A stretch of DNA of 62,430 nucleotides, counting the filler, from Rhabdomonas costata (lineage: Eukaryota), in NCBI GenBank assembly GCA_019059605.1. It is 19 parts of 19 records of this genome, joined end to end, with 100 filler letters (N's around TTAATTAATTAA, not from the genome) between each part and the next. Parts side by side here need not be neighbours in the genome. Positions count along the whole stretch, not along the records: positions 9,958 to 13,148 come from JAHMHO010001208.1; positions 13,249 to 16,437 come from JAHMHO010001209.1; positions 16,538 to 19,718 come from JAHMHO010001210.1; positions 19,819 to 23,006 come from JAHMHO010001211.1; 15 more parts are not named here. One strand, given 5' to 3'. Below, in pieces: positions 10,981-22,713 of the stretch (within the stretch, counting starts at the first letter, position 1; each line of letters starts with the position of its first letter). The translations under genes and the position numbers were made by a program. Below the pieces are notes generated by a model. It was given only the letters and a program-made list of their open reading frames with translations, was not told the DNA's origin and did not search any database.

Positions 10981-13367
10981 GATTATTTCGATGATTTGGG
11001 ACTTTATCTCGCCGGCCATGCCCGGAGTGAGCACGGAGTGGGCCTCGTCCACTGGGCTCCAGCCCTACCGCGTTCCAAGATTCTAGTTTCTGTGTGATTC
11101 TATCCTGTCTCTGTCATTTTTTATGTCCATTTTATTTCCCGCCACAGTTTGGATTTTCAAAACTAACACGCCACAATCCGTCTCCACATCTTACCGGTGT
11201 CCGCGGTACCGCTGTCTTGGTCTCTGGCTGCTCCTTTCGTAAACTTCGTCTCGGGATGGCGGACGTTGTTCCAATCGGTCTCCATGTGATTCCATTCTCT
11301 CTCTCTGTCCTGATAGCAAAATCTATTTTTGGGTAGTTGCGCGCGTATTGGAGCGGGCTCCGCTCATCTAGATATTTTCCGTGAAAGTGGGACTCTCTTA
11401 TGGCGCGTTCCATATATGTCAACTCTTTTCCTTCCAAGGAGCTGCTTGGACTCAGGCGGCGGCGGTCTGAAGGGCGCTCGTCCCGATGTCGGTAACTGCT
11501 GGCCACGGCGACGTTGGGCATTGTGGTTGCTCCGTTAATTTGAAAATTAGTAGTCGAGAGAGCCAAACAAGATCAAAGTCCATGAGTGGCTTGTGACTGC
11601 GCGGCGGTGTCCAAATCCATTGGAGTCTACCCCATGGCGGGGACTTCGGGCATGAGAGTTGGTGGTCTCACTGATGCAAACGCTGGCTGGGGTGGGGGCT
11701 GCGGTAGGCTGACCAACTTACGTGAATCGTGTGTGACCTTATGTTGGCTGGTGGTCAGGCTGGTCCCGACGTCTGGCGCGGGAACGTGGGGTCAGACATT
11801 GCGACATTCGTGGCGGGAAGTTGGCGCTGGTGACCAAGCGCCGTGCTGTGCACAGTGTGGCGGTGCGGGTGCGGTNGGGTGGTCAGGCTGGTCCCGACGT
11901 CTGGCGCGGGAACATGGGGTCAGACATTGCGACATTCGTGGCGGGAAGTTGGCGCTGGTGACCAAGCGCCGTGCTGTGCACAGTGTGGCGGTGCGGGTGC
12001 GGTAATGGCGTCGTGGCCACTGGGCGGTGGTATGCAAACCGGCACCAGAAACAGGCGCTGTGGCAACTGGGTGCGTCATGGACGCCGTCAGCCTGCAGCG
12101 AATGGGAATGGGTGTGGTGGCGGTTGGTGTCTCGGCGTAGGGAAGCCAGCGTGGTCCACCTACATCGGCGTCCTGTGATCAGGCGTGGAATGGTTGATGC
12201 CCAGAACATCCAGCTGGTCTTCGTCTGTGGGATCCGCTGACCAGCCTCGGACACGAATTCTGCCGTGCCGTGCCAGGGGGTGGCCGCCATCAGCCACACC
12301 GCCGTGGACATCGCGTTCCACACCTTGGCTTCCATATCCGCGGCGGTCTCGTTCGCATAGATGCAGCTAGTATTTAGCTACTTGATGAGAGTTTTTGTAA
12401 AAGAGATGGCCTGGGTTTTAATCCTCCATGCGTGTCCGCGGCCCACACGGATTAACTCCATCCTGCGTCCTGGTATCTCTGCAGGTATCTCCTATCCTAG
12501 TGCTGGTGTGTCTTGTCCAAAGGATCTTGGGCCCGTCACGGAGCTACCAGACCGTGAAGTAATTAGAAGAATGTAGTCGCCGTTGCTTATGAGCATCGCC
12601 AGATGTGAGGTGGACACCGCTACCATGGGTCGCTGATGCCCACTCAACCGTGTTTTCTACCGAGGCTGGCCTGAGGGCGTGCTGCCGTGGTGAGCGGAAG
12701 CCAGATGATGGTCTGTAGAGTGTCCACGCCATTATCCAGAATCAGTGTTATTGTTGATTACGGCCACTCATCGCTTGGTATTGCCTGTGTGGTGTGCTGA
12801 ATCCGACGGAGGCCAATGCATGCGTTGAGAATTTCCAGTTCCTGGCGGTGGAACTGCACATCCGTAAAGCTTGCCGGACACTGTGCCAGCTTTTGATGGC
12901 CGCGTCGGATGCGTGGTTGGGACCAGATGACAGCGGCGTCCACAAATAGGTGCGCTCGTAGTTCTGGTGGATTTATGGCACTTAACCAAAACCATGTGGA
13001 GCAGGAGCATGAACGCCGTAGTACAGCTCGCACTTGCGCTTGTTGATGTCCAGCCCGATAGTGGGCAGCAGCTCCTTGAGGTAGGGAAAAGCGCGTTCAT
13101 GCTCCTGCTCCACATGGTTTTAGTTAAGTGCCATAAATCCACCACAAANNNNNNNNNNNNNNNNNNNNNNNNNNNNNNNNNNNNNNNNNNNNTTAATTAA
13201 TTAANNNNNNNNNNNNNNNNNNNNNNNNNNNNNNNNNNNNNNNNNNNNGTGTTGGGTGTGGTTGGGGTTTTTGTTTTACCAAACCGGATGGTCTATCTTT
13301 TTGCTGGAAGTTGTTAATGGCATACCATGTACGCGGCGAAGGTCGATATTGGTTCATGTTTTCGCAG

Positions 13368-14941
13368 CTTCTGCGGGGAGCCGCAGCAGGGAAGAAGATG
13401 CTGGTCTTTGTGTCTACCAGAAAGCAGTGTGACATTCTGGCCTCCAAGCTGCAGAAGCTAGGATCAATTGTATGTTGCTCGGGCTCGCGCGGCTTTCCAT
13501 CCGTAGTGCTAAAAAAGACGGCCACCGGTGAGTAAAAGAAGAAAGAAAACGGAGGCGCTGGATCACTCATGCCTCCCCCCTCAGAGGGCGGCCGCATCCT
13601 TTTTCAGCAGGGGTTAGATTGCGGATCCCCGGACACTCGTTGTCGGGACTGATCCCCCCACCTCGGTTGCATTTGCTATCGGCCGTCCGATAGCGAATTC
13701 CAACGAGCTACATGGCATTTCTTATCTGGCCGCCGAGAACATATGGTGGAATGAAGGACACCGTTTTGGGGGTTGCTCTTCAGAGTTGGGGTTGAAAGGG
13801 TTTGAGCCCAGGGTTTGGGTGTGGATCAGGATTGGGCTCAGTGTTTTTGAGATGAGGGTTAGGGTGTCAGTGTAGGGCTGGTTAGTGTGTTCAGGTGTAT
13901 TCGGGTGTGTTCGGGGCTCGGGGTCAAATCACGTTGTTGCCGTTTGGGCTCATGAATCTGGATTGAAGCAAGAGACAGTAAGGCTGTGGTTCATGCGATG
14001 GCAAGTCACTGGTACTGAAACAGGGGATTTTTCATCCAGGCATCCAACACGCATGTGCCTTTTTTTTTGTCATTCGTGTTTCGCTCCAAGTTGTCTCCTG
14101 AACACTTCACCTTCTCTCCGAGACAAGTTTTCATTCAACGTTCCTGGGCATCAATAGAAGGCTCGCAGTATTGGTGTGCGTCTCCCTTCGTGCAGATCAG
14201 CTGTTTGCACAGTGACATGGTTCAGGCAGAGCGAGAAGCTGTGATGTCCACCTTTCGGAATGCCACTGCCGCGGTCTTGGTGGCCACAGGTAGCTGCAGT
14301 GTGCCTCTTGCATCCGCTTTTTTTTTCCGGCCTGGGGAATAAATCCAGGGATTGCATTTTTTGTTCTCAGACGTCGCGGCCCGTGGGCTGGATGTTGCCG
14401 ACATCGCCTTTGTGGTGAATTTTGACTTCCCGGATACGATTGCGTCGTACATTCACCGAATTGGCCGCACAGGGCGGGCAGGACGCCGCGGAGATGCCGT
14501 ATCTTTCATTAGCCCTGGCCACGCTAGGCTGGTTCCTGAGGTGTGACTCCTCTCCGCCGGCTTCCCACTTCACGACTCGCACCTCTTCCTCCTCACCCAC
14601 CTCTTGATCGCGTTCCAGTCTAATATTTCCGTTGCCAGCATCCTCCATCTTGTGATCAAGTTGATCGTCGTTCAATTTTGTTTGTTTGTAGCTGGGGGTG
14701 AGAGTTGATGTCCTTTGCTCTGTAGCTGATTCGGGTTCTTCGAGACTCGGGCTGTGGCTCTGCAGTGACTTCGGACTTGGTCGAGCTGGCTCGCAGTGTT
14801 AGTCCTCCAGAGACGGTTCAGGCCCCCTCCGGGGTGTCGAAAGCCCCGCACCTGCAAGAACATGGCAAGCAGGGCAAGCAGGGCAAGCACAGCAAGGTAA
14901 GGCCGACCACTTCAGGCAAGAAACCGAACAACCATCGCTGA
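13368..14941 (+). CDS. DEAD-box RNA helicase, C-terminal exons (13368-13469, 14196-14289, 14371-14540, 14726-14941)
   Basis: Motif IV ([10 protein letters not shown]), [11 protein letters not shown], motif V ([10 protein letters not shown]) and motif VI ([10 protein letters not shown]); three phase-consistent GT-AG introns. Confidence 0.93.
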
Positions 14942-15485
14942 CGTGTGCTGAGAGCTGCGGCGTTTTGCGGCTGTGCAGGGCAGGGGACCCGCCCCTCCCA
15001 GGAAAGGCATTTTATTAAGTTTAGGATCTAATTTTTTGTCACCTTAGTGACCTTAGTAGGAGAAAAAAGTGAAAAGGTTGTCTGAATCTTTAGCTTTTGG
15101 ATTTACATGGGGGTTTGGTGTTAGCAAAAAAGTCTCACGTTGTGAACCATGGCATGGTGTTGTGCATTGGATGCCCCTAAGGTTAGCCGGCTAACAGGTT
15201 ACTTTTTATGGGACACACCGAGTTGTGGGTGACATAAGTTTCGGAGTTATTCGCTGGAGTTATTCTGTCGCCACTTTTGACGCGGCCATGTAGAATTTCC
15301 TGGGTGCAGTTGTGATTCAATCGATAATGGGGTTATTCCTCACTCTTCAGGAAAGAAGCAGCTCCCATTTGGACCAGTTAGGCGCCCGTAACCGCAGCTA
15401 TTCGCATGGTTTGTGTGGTCCACGAGAAGCGTCTGATTGATTTCTTTTTTCCTTCTTGCACCATGCATTACAGAAGGTGACTTTG

Positions 15486-15783
15486 ATGCCATCGTTCCGG
15501 TTCTGGTTCCTCGCCACATTGCCCTGCGTGTTTGTGTTGGTACTGCTCTGCCGTGCCCTCTTCGTGGCTGTTTCGGAGCCCATCTCACCTCTAGAAACCC
15601 ATGACAGTGTTCAGCTCGATCCCATGGGGGCGCTGCCGAGTCATGGTGTGCACCCTAAGCCTGAATCTCTGGCGCGCTCGGAGCACTCGGACCGAGAGCT
15701 GGCTGTGCAATTGTTGCGGGAGCAGTGGCCGGGACTGAACGTGGACCCTCCGAAATGTTCCCCACCAGCCTCCACCTCCGAAG
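15486..15783 (+). CDS. Probable first exon of a type II membrane or signal-anchor protein
   Basis: Pyrimidine tract plus CAG shortly before the ATG; MPSFRFWFLATLPCVFVLVLLCRALFVAV hydrophobic anchor, then a Pro/Ser-rich stem; GAAG|GT donor. Confidence 0.45.
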
Positions 15784-16592
15784 GTGTTGTCGGAGTGCCG
15801 TGTTCGGCCGTTTTTTCAGTTTGATTTATATTCATTAAACGTTTGCCCAACCTCCACGTGAAGTTGTTGATTCATACACATTCATGCATGTTCAATAGTA
15901 ACTTCACGAAGAAAGTTGTCAAAGGGTGCCGATCGTTTCATCCCTTTTGGCTGTCACCCGCGTTGCGTTCGTTTACCCATGCTTTGGGCGTCACCGCCGT
16001 CCATTGTGATGATGCATACAATTTGCACAAGGCACACAAGATACGCTCTTCAGCTCACAGAGGGTGTGGAACATCCCTTGAACCTAGAAAACACAAAGAA
16101 GAAAGTTGTGGTGAGCCGCAAGGGTGCTGAAGCGCGTTGTGGACTCGGGGAAACCCAAGGGCACAGCGCGATCACACTCACTTGGCTGCCCCACCAGCGT
16201 GAACCCGGCCACCACCACAGAGCTGCCCAGCTTGAGATGAGGCGACTGGCCCTGCAAGGGGCACCGCGCGCGCAGGCCTGCAGTGTAGTTAAAGCTGCAG
16301 CTGAAGTCCAGGAGGGTTTCCGAGCACAGGGACTGCCGCAAAGCATGCACCTGGTGCGCGACTCCAGGCATCAGTGCAAGGGAGGGAAACCGGCACCTGT
16401 AGGACCCTGTAAACGGAGCGAACAGAGACACACACCCNNNNNNNNNNNNNNNNNNNNNNNNNNNNNNNNNNNNNNNNNNNNTTAATTAATTAANNNNNNN
16501 NNNNNNNNNNNNNNNNNNNNNNNNNNNNNNNNNNNNNGTTGGTGTTGCTCAGGGCGATAAGGACACAAAAGCAAGACCAGAGAAGGAGATAT

Positions 16593-16678
16593 AAAAGCTC
16601 TGAGCCGGCTTTCCCCTTGCCGGCAGGAAAAAAGCCGAATGGGGTGTCCACCGAAAAAATGATTACACTCAGTAATGG
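16593..16678 (-). ncRNA. Candidate spliced-leader (SL) RNA gene or pseudogene
   Basis: Minus strand reads CCATTACTGAGTGTAATCATTTTTTCG|GTGGACACCC. It shares CTGAGTGT and TTTTTTCG with the Euglena gracilis SL (ACTTTCTGAGTGTCTATTTTTTTTCG, recalled from memory). A GT donor, a hairpin (16606-16637) and a T-run follow. A second copy lies at 62387-62413. Confidence 0.6.
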
Positions 16679-19600
16679 GAAAAATGGAAAAACACGCAAT
16701 ACTGTACAAACCAGGGGCAACAAGTGGATGAGGGGATGAAAGGCGCAATGCAACGCAAGGGTACTCGAACCGAGGTGCGTGTTGTGGCCACTGCGCAGCA
16801 CGTGTGCAAGGAAAAGAAACAGCCATTCAAAAGAACTGTGTTGTGTCAAAGGTGGTGCGTTGTCCAGCCATGATTTGTCTCACAAGATAGATGAGGGAAG
16901 AATGATCGGGTGGAGAGAAAATCGGCATAAAATGATGATGAAGTCAAAAAGAGTGCAAGGGTGTCAAGCGGTAGGGTGATGGTAAACGAACTTCGTAAGT
17001 TTGACGAGTGGAAGGTAGGGCATTAGTCTGTGTAAATGACATACTCCGAGTTATCAGACCGGTTGGCATCCGGAGTTCCACGGCGGCGACCTACCAAGTA
17101 GGCCGGGCTCAGCGGCACCATGGCTGGCTGGCGGGGGCCGTGGAGCTCAAAAGCCCATGACGTTTGAAAAGACGACGACATCGTTAAGCAGCTTGAACGG
17201 CTAAATTTGTGGTCTAGAAAATCAATGAAAATGTAACAGCAAATAAAAAGAAGGGAAAGGGAAAAAGGCATGGACGCACAATGATTGCCTGTTTCCGTGT
17301 GTAGTACGACATGGCAACTACACAATAAGAAGATATCTAATTCTGGAGTTGCACCAACAAAATGCCACGACAGACAGCACAGATAAAAGAGAAACCAAGG
17401 TGATAGTATGTCAGGAGTGGTTTGTGGTTTACATTGAGAGGCAGAGGCTCAATGCAAGGGGTGAGGTGTGTTCTGGAACTCGGATAGTGGTTGCACACCA
17501 GGTTGTGCTGGGTGTATTTCGGCAATTGGTGTAAGTACAATGGTTTCGCTTTTTGTGGCGTATCGGATGTTGCCTTGCAATGAACTACTCGTCGTAATCA
17601 AAGAAATTTGTGGGAAACAAGTGATTGCGGTTGTGAGTAGGGATAATGAGATGAACAACAGTCAATTTGTTCACGTTGATAGGTGGAACATAATATTCGA
17701 GGACGGCGTAACCACGGAAGCGGTGATCCACACTGAAGCTGAAAAAATGGAGTTGGATGTCTAAGTGAAGCTGGTGTTTTTGAGAGCAGGTAATTATTTA
17801 CTACCATTTCAACTTTTTATTTCAAGAGCGTTGGGTGGTGTGGATTGTGCAGGGTGTGGTTCCAAGAGCAAATTTAGAGAGGTGTGACACGGAGTGGTGG
17901 CCACCGTTGGTTGACAAGAATTGTGGTGAGACTGTTTACCGTTGGTTGCGCGGAAAGGATGCAGTCCTCCAAGTTGAATTATAGCGAGCCTGGCTCTGTT
18001 AAAGTCAGTTAGTATTGGGAAAGACTGTGTGGAAATGAGATCGAGGTCATGGACTGGTTCAACAGAGAGTTAGCAGAGTTTCAAGACATGCAGCATGGAT
18101 ATGAAGTGGTGAGATACACGAGGCTGGCGCAATTGGAACAGTGTGGATCATGTAATTAAAGCAGCTAAACTGTGTAATCAGCTTCCAACGTATTCAAAAA
18201 GAAATGGACACAGTTGACACAGCGAGAGCGGTCGATGACAACCATCGTAGAGGTAGCAGAGAAAGAGTTGCATAGGTTAGTGGACACGTTGCTATAATAC
18301 AGAGCACTTGCAACCGATGAAGCACAGGTTCGCGAGCAACTGGGGGTCCAGTTGTTAAGTCAAGTTGTGTGTCAGTGTTGTTGTTGCAGATGGTGACCAA
18401 GATAGTTGAGAGATGTTCAGCAAACCTCGCCACAGAGCCATTTAGAGTTGCTTGCAGATAAAAATACGCTAGATGCAGTGGCGAAATGTTTAGACTAGAC
18501 CACTTCTGGTGTGTGTCATGATGCTAATGCATACTGGAAGGCTCAAGAGGAGTTGTCTAGTTGTGTGGTTATGTGATGAAGTGGCCAAAAAAGACAAGAG
18601 GGTACATTGCCTGCATATTTTTACCTTCATCCAGAGGCGGGTGAGACAGCAACTCCACGAGTGGTTATGATGCAAATGTGGACTATTGGCATATTCAGTC
18701 GCAATCCAGGCAACAATTTGGCATGTAGGTATCGAAGATTGAAGTTCGAACGTGGCGGAGTCACCCTTGGGTAAAGAACAACAAAACGGTGATCGGCTGC
18801 CAGCACCGAGAGTAATTGGGATGATGACAGAAGATGTTGAGGCAGTGGTCCACCAAGCTATGCAAGCTGCACAAGAAACAGGGAATGCTGTTGTGATACC
18901 AACCCCAGTGACTAGCTTGTTTAACACGGTACTAAGTGTGACAGAGGAATCAGGGTCAGGACTCTTAGTGCAACCATCAGTGATCGTAATTAGTTGTATA
19001 GTGGAAATCATACAGGCGCAGATAGTGGTCAACGAGAGAATCCTTGTGCACTTTTTGGAGCGGATACACAAAATGACCCACCGTGTGTTTTACTAGAGCT
19101 AAACCAAAGTCATAACTCGCCATGTTTTTTTTGTTCAGAAGCCATGTAAAGAAGTTAGGGAGTCGTTTTTGGTTTCTGTGGGAAAAACTAAAGCTTGATA
19201 TGAAGAGGCTGTTGACAATTCGGAGAATTATCACTCCAGAAAAGATGGTCTACTACATGGAAGACAACAAGCAGTACGCAAAAATGGCTGAGAATTTTTC
19301 GTACCCGAATGTGCATTGGATCACGAGAATGTTGAGACGTGGGAGTTCAGGTGCGCAAAAATGAATCAGGTGCGTGTGCTGTATTGGTTGACAATGCAAG
19401 AGGCAAGGGAGAAAATAGACTCCCATCCATACCAGTGGTGTTGGAGGCTCTGCTACTTGTCGTACATGACATATGTAAGTACGATTTGTAAATTATGGAT
19501 AAACAAAACGGAGCTGTTTGAAATGATGAGGAAGCAGTGAGGTGGTTTGAAGAGAGATGACCGTATGGTTCTTACAAGTGGGTGATGCAGCTGTTGATAC

Positions 19601-20953
19601 CTTCTTGCATTCATGAGTATTTACTGACCACAAAAATTGCGTTCAGTATGTACGCAGCATGTAAAGCCGTGAAGAGTCTGATTGTGATCATGGCGGAGAA
19701 GAAACATTCCCAAACAAANNNNNNNNNNNNNNNNNNNNNNNNNNNNNNNNNNNNNNNNNNNNTTAATTAATTAANNNNNNNNNNNNNNNNNNNNNNNNNN
19801 NNNNNNNNNNNNNNNNNNGGTGTGGTTTTTGGACTCAGTACTTCGTCAATTAGTAATTAGTGCAAACTTTCCTGTTTTCTGCTGGTTTTCTGGAGAGTCC
19901 TGCTGGTGAAGCGTTGACTTTGGCGACCATTGTTCTTTCGTGTGAAACAGCAGAGTAATACAGCATGCTGAGGTGGAAAAAGCCCATGCACACTGCCGCT
20001 GGGACGTTCGCGGATACAAGTAAACTGTTTGGGGGGTGGGGTTGAGCTGAAACTCCACCCCCGTGAAAAACCCTTGTGGTTCACGTTCGTTGAACAGTTG
20101 TTGCCGTGCATTGTCTTGTAGCGCACACGTTTTCCTCTGTTTTTCGGTTCCATTGGTGAAAATTACTGGTTGTTTCGTCGACCCCAGCTTTTTGTAGCAG
20201 TTTTGAGAGAAAAGGGTAGGTAACTTTGCTAAATAAATAACACTCGTGCATTTGCCAGTCATTTCTCGAACAACTGTGCCTGCACACTTTCCTGCTTAGT
20301 TGATTATTTTGAACGTGGTCGGCTCGAGTCTTTCAAAAGAAATTTGTATCTTTCCTGAAAACAAACTCAAAACTGTGCGAAATGTGGGGATGTGTCAAAA
20401 CACACCTTACAAGATTACAGGGTTGCGGATGTCTGGGAGCAAACTACAGTGCAGGGATGCAGATGTTAAAAAGCGCGTAAGTGGGGTGGGGATGCTGAAA
20501 AAATTACTTAGGGGTCTACAGTGCAGGATGCACATTTTAAAAAGCTCCAGAGGTGCACACACATGTGTCAAACTTGAGGGCATGGACTCTACGTGAACGC
20601 CGCGAGTGTGCGAGAGGCCTCTGGACACAACTATCCCCAGGAGGGGAAATCCCACTACTGCGGTTTCGAGTCTACGGAACACGTCTAGCGGCACGTCTGT
20701 ACACTCCTCTCTCCTCCTTCCTCCCTGTCCGCTTTACTATCCTCAAGACGTCTGGGGGCTTCCTCCAAGCTAATATATAGCTGATCAATTGTCGAATACA
20801 AAGCGAAAGATAAATATTTAAATTTGGGGAAACAGAGCAAACACAAGTCCGGGCGCATATTTGCATGTCCTACTTTTGGTTCTGTTATTGTTGTTCGTCT
20901 TTTCCGAGTGTCACGGTAATTCAATGAAAATAATTTTAACGCACAGGTATTTA

Positions 20954-21237
20954 CATTATAGGTTTGGGGGGTTCTCCGCCGTTCCTCTCAGCTCCAAATT
21001 GACCCAGAACAAATCCAACGCACGGTGGAGGAAGGGTTTCCCTTTCTGTGTGCAAACAGACTCAGAATTCAAAATTATGAAAAAGTACATCTCGTCACTC
21101 CCGATTTACAAAGGCTTTCACTGGAAAGCGAGATTGTCGGCCTCGCTTTTGGGGTGGCTCGATTCGGTCCAGGTGAAAATTTCCCAACCGTGTGACCAGC
21201 TCTTCTTCTTGTTGTTCGGCGGCAGGGCTTCAGGTTC
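20954..21237. repeat. ~290-bp direct repeat, copy 1
   Basis: Near-identical to 22411-22713 (CATTATAGGTTT...GCTTCAGGTTC), with small indels. Confidence 0.92.
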
Positions 21238-21965
21238 TCCAACCACAACTCCTTCGTCACTGCCCTGGGCGTCGTCGTTGGGGTCGTATATGGGGTCCAA
21301 GTAATCAGCGAACTTGTCACCCTTGTGGTTAAATCTCCAGGCCTGTGGGGTTGGGTTGGGTTGGGCTGGGTTGGGTCACATGTCAAAACAGGTGAATTGG
21401 CTACACGTCTTGCATCCGATCCGTGAACACTTCGGGGTTGTCCTCGTCAAAAGAGGTCCTTCCCTGAAAAATGTTCATACTCCGTCCCATCTTCTTGACA
21501 ACGCCGTGGACACCCTCAATCGTGTTCGTGTGCACCAAGTCACCGCTCGCGGAGCTTGTCACGAAGGTGGCACTGTGGTTCACCTGCTGGTGACTCATGA
21601 AGTTCTCTTCACATCCTGAGCCACAATGTTGACATTTCGAACCCGGCACCCTCCTCAAACACGTTTGAACCAAAAAGTCATACCGGTGTAGCCCTTCCAG
21701 CAGTCGGTTTGAAGGTGGGCGTGGCCACTCACCATCTCCTCCAGATTCGCTTCAAGGGTTTCCTTGGTTCGATCCGGGGCAAATCGAACCATCATTTTTT
21801 CGGCCTTCCTCTTCCCCCCGACTTCTTTCACCGACACTGCTGTCGACCACCACAGTATGCCTTCCTTTCTTTGTCGTCGTCCTCGCTGGTACTTTCTCTG
21901 TCCTGTGGCGGTTTCGTCGGCTTCCACAATCTCTCCATTTTCTCCCAATCGTGCATCCTCAACGA
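21118..21965 (-). mobile_element. Merlin-superfamily (IS1595/ISXO2-like) DDE transposase with two introns
   Basis: IVEADET (D1), RKYQRGR, PDRTKETL, QTDCWKGY (D2), VNHS..FV, HTNTIEG (E) and WRFNH. Introns 21616-21683 and 21343-21406 (GT...CAG) join these into one frame. Confidence 0.9.
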
Positions 21966-22410
21966 CTGATCAACTTCCGGAACCTTGGGAGGCCGAGAAT
22001 ATGACACGAAGAAAGGCAGAGGCCGGAAAGTATGTTGTTTATTTCACTGGCTCATGAGACCAGTCACGATGGAGATGGATCGCTGGGAAATCTAATTCAG
22101 TTGCAACTCAGCCTGCCGACAAGACGCTCACCTTGAGGCATCCATTCACACGCCTCACCTTGTCGTCCTCTTTCGGCGGCAGTGCGTCGCTCGCAGGGGA
22201 GAATTCTTTTCGTTCCTCTTCTTTCTATTCACTATTCAAGGAAACAAACGGGAACCATCTGTCCTTCCATGGCCTTTTGCTTCCAAAACCAAACCCTTTG
22301 CCTGAGCTTGTAAACTGGAAACATTCGAAGGGAGACATTGACTACATTCAAAATACAAAAGCAAGGTTGCATTAAATAAATATAATAATAAATGTTCTTG
22401 GGGTATTTGT

Positions 22411-22713
22411 CATTATAGGTTTCGGGGGTCTCCGCCGTCCCTCTCAGCTCCAAATTGACCCAGAACAAATCCAACGCACGGTGGAGGAAGTTTTTCCCTT
22501 TCTATGTGCAAACAGACTCAGAATTCAAGAAAAAAATAATGGATCAAAAGTAGGAAAAAGTACATCTCGTCACTCCCGATTTGCAAAGGCTTTCACAGGA
22601 AAGCGAGATTGTCGGCCTCGCTTTTGGGGTGGCTCGATTGGGTCCAGGTGGAAATTTCCCAACCGTGTGACCAGCTCTTCTTCTTGTTGTTCGGCGGCAG
22701 GGGCTTCAGGTTC
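22411..22713. repeat. ~300-bp direct repeat, copy 2
   Basis: Near-identical to 20954-21237. Confidence 0.92.

Noticed and set aside
11750-12003. 126-bp tandem duplication
   Set aside because: The copies are separated by an N and differ at one base, typical of an unmerged scaffold overlap; a true tandem repeat is not fully excluded.
12965-13144. 52-bp inverted repeat (MITE or hairpin)
   Set aside because: Abuts the contig end and a primer-like tail; consistent with an amplification fold-back chimera.
16700-19718. Fanzor/TnpB, Helitron or viral genes in the decayed contigs
   Set aside because: No RuvC, HUH or capsid motifs could be read in the ORF track; absence is not proven without a profile search.
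21655-21683. Frameshift implying a dead Merlin transposase core
   Set aside because: Explained by a 68-nt GT-AG intron that restores the conserved spacing.
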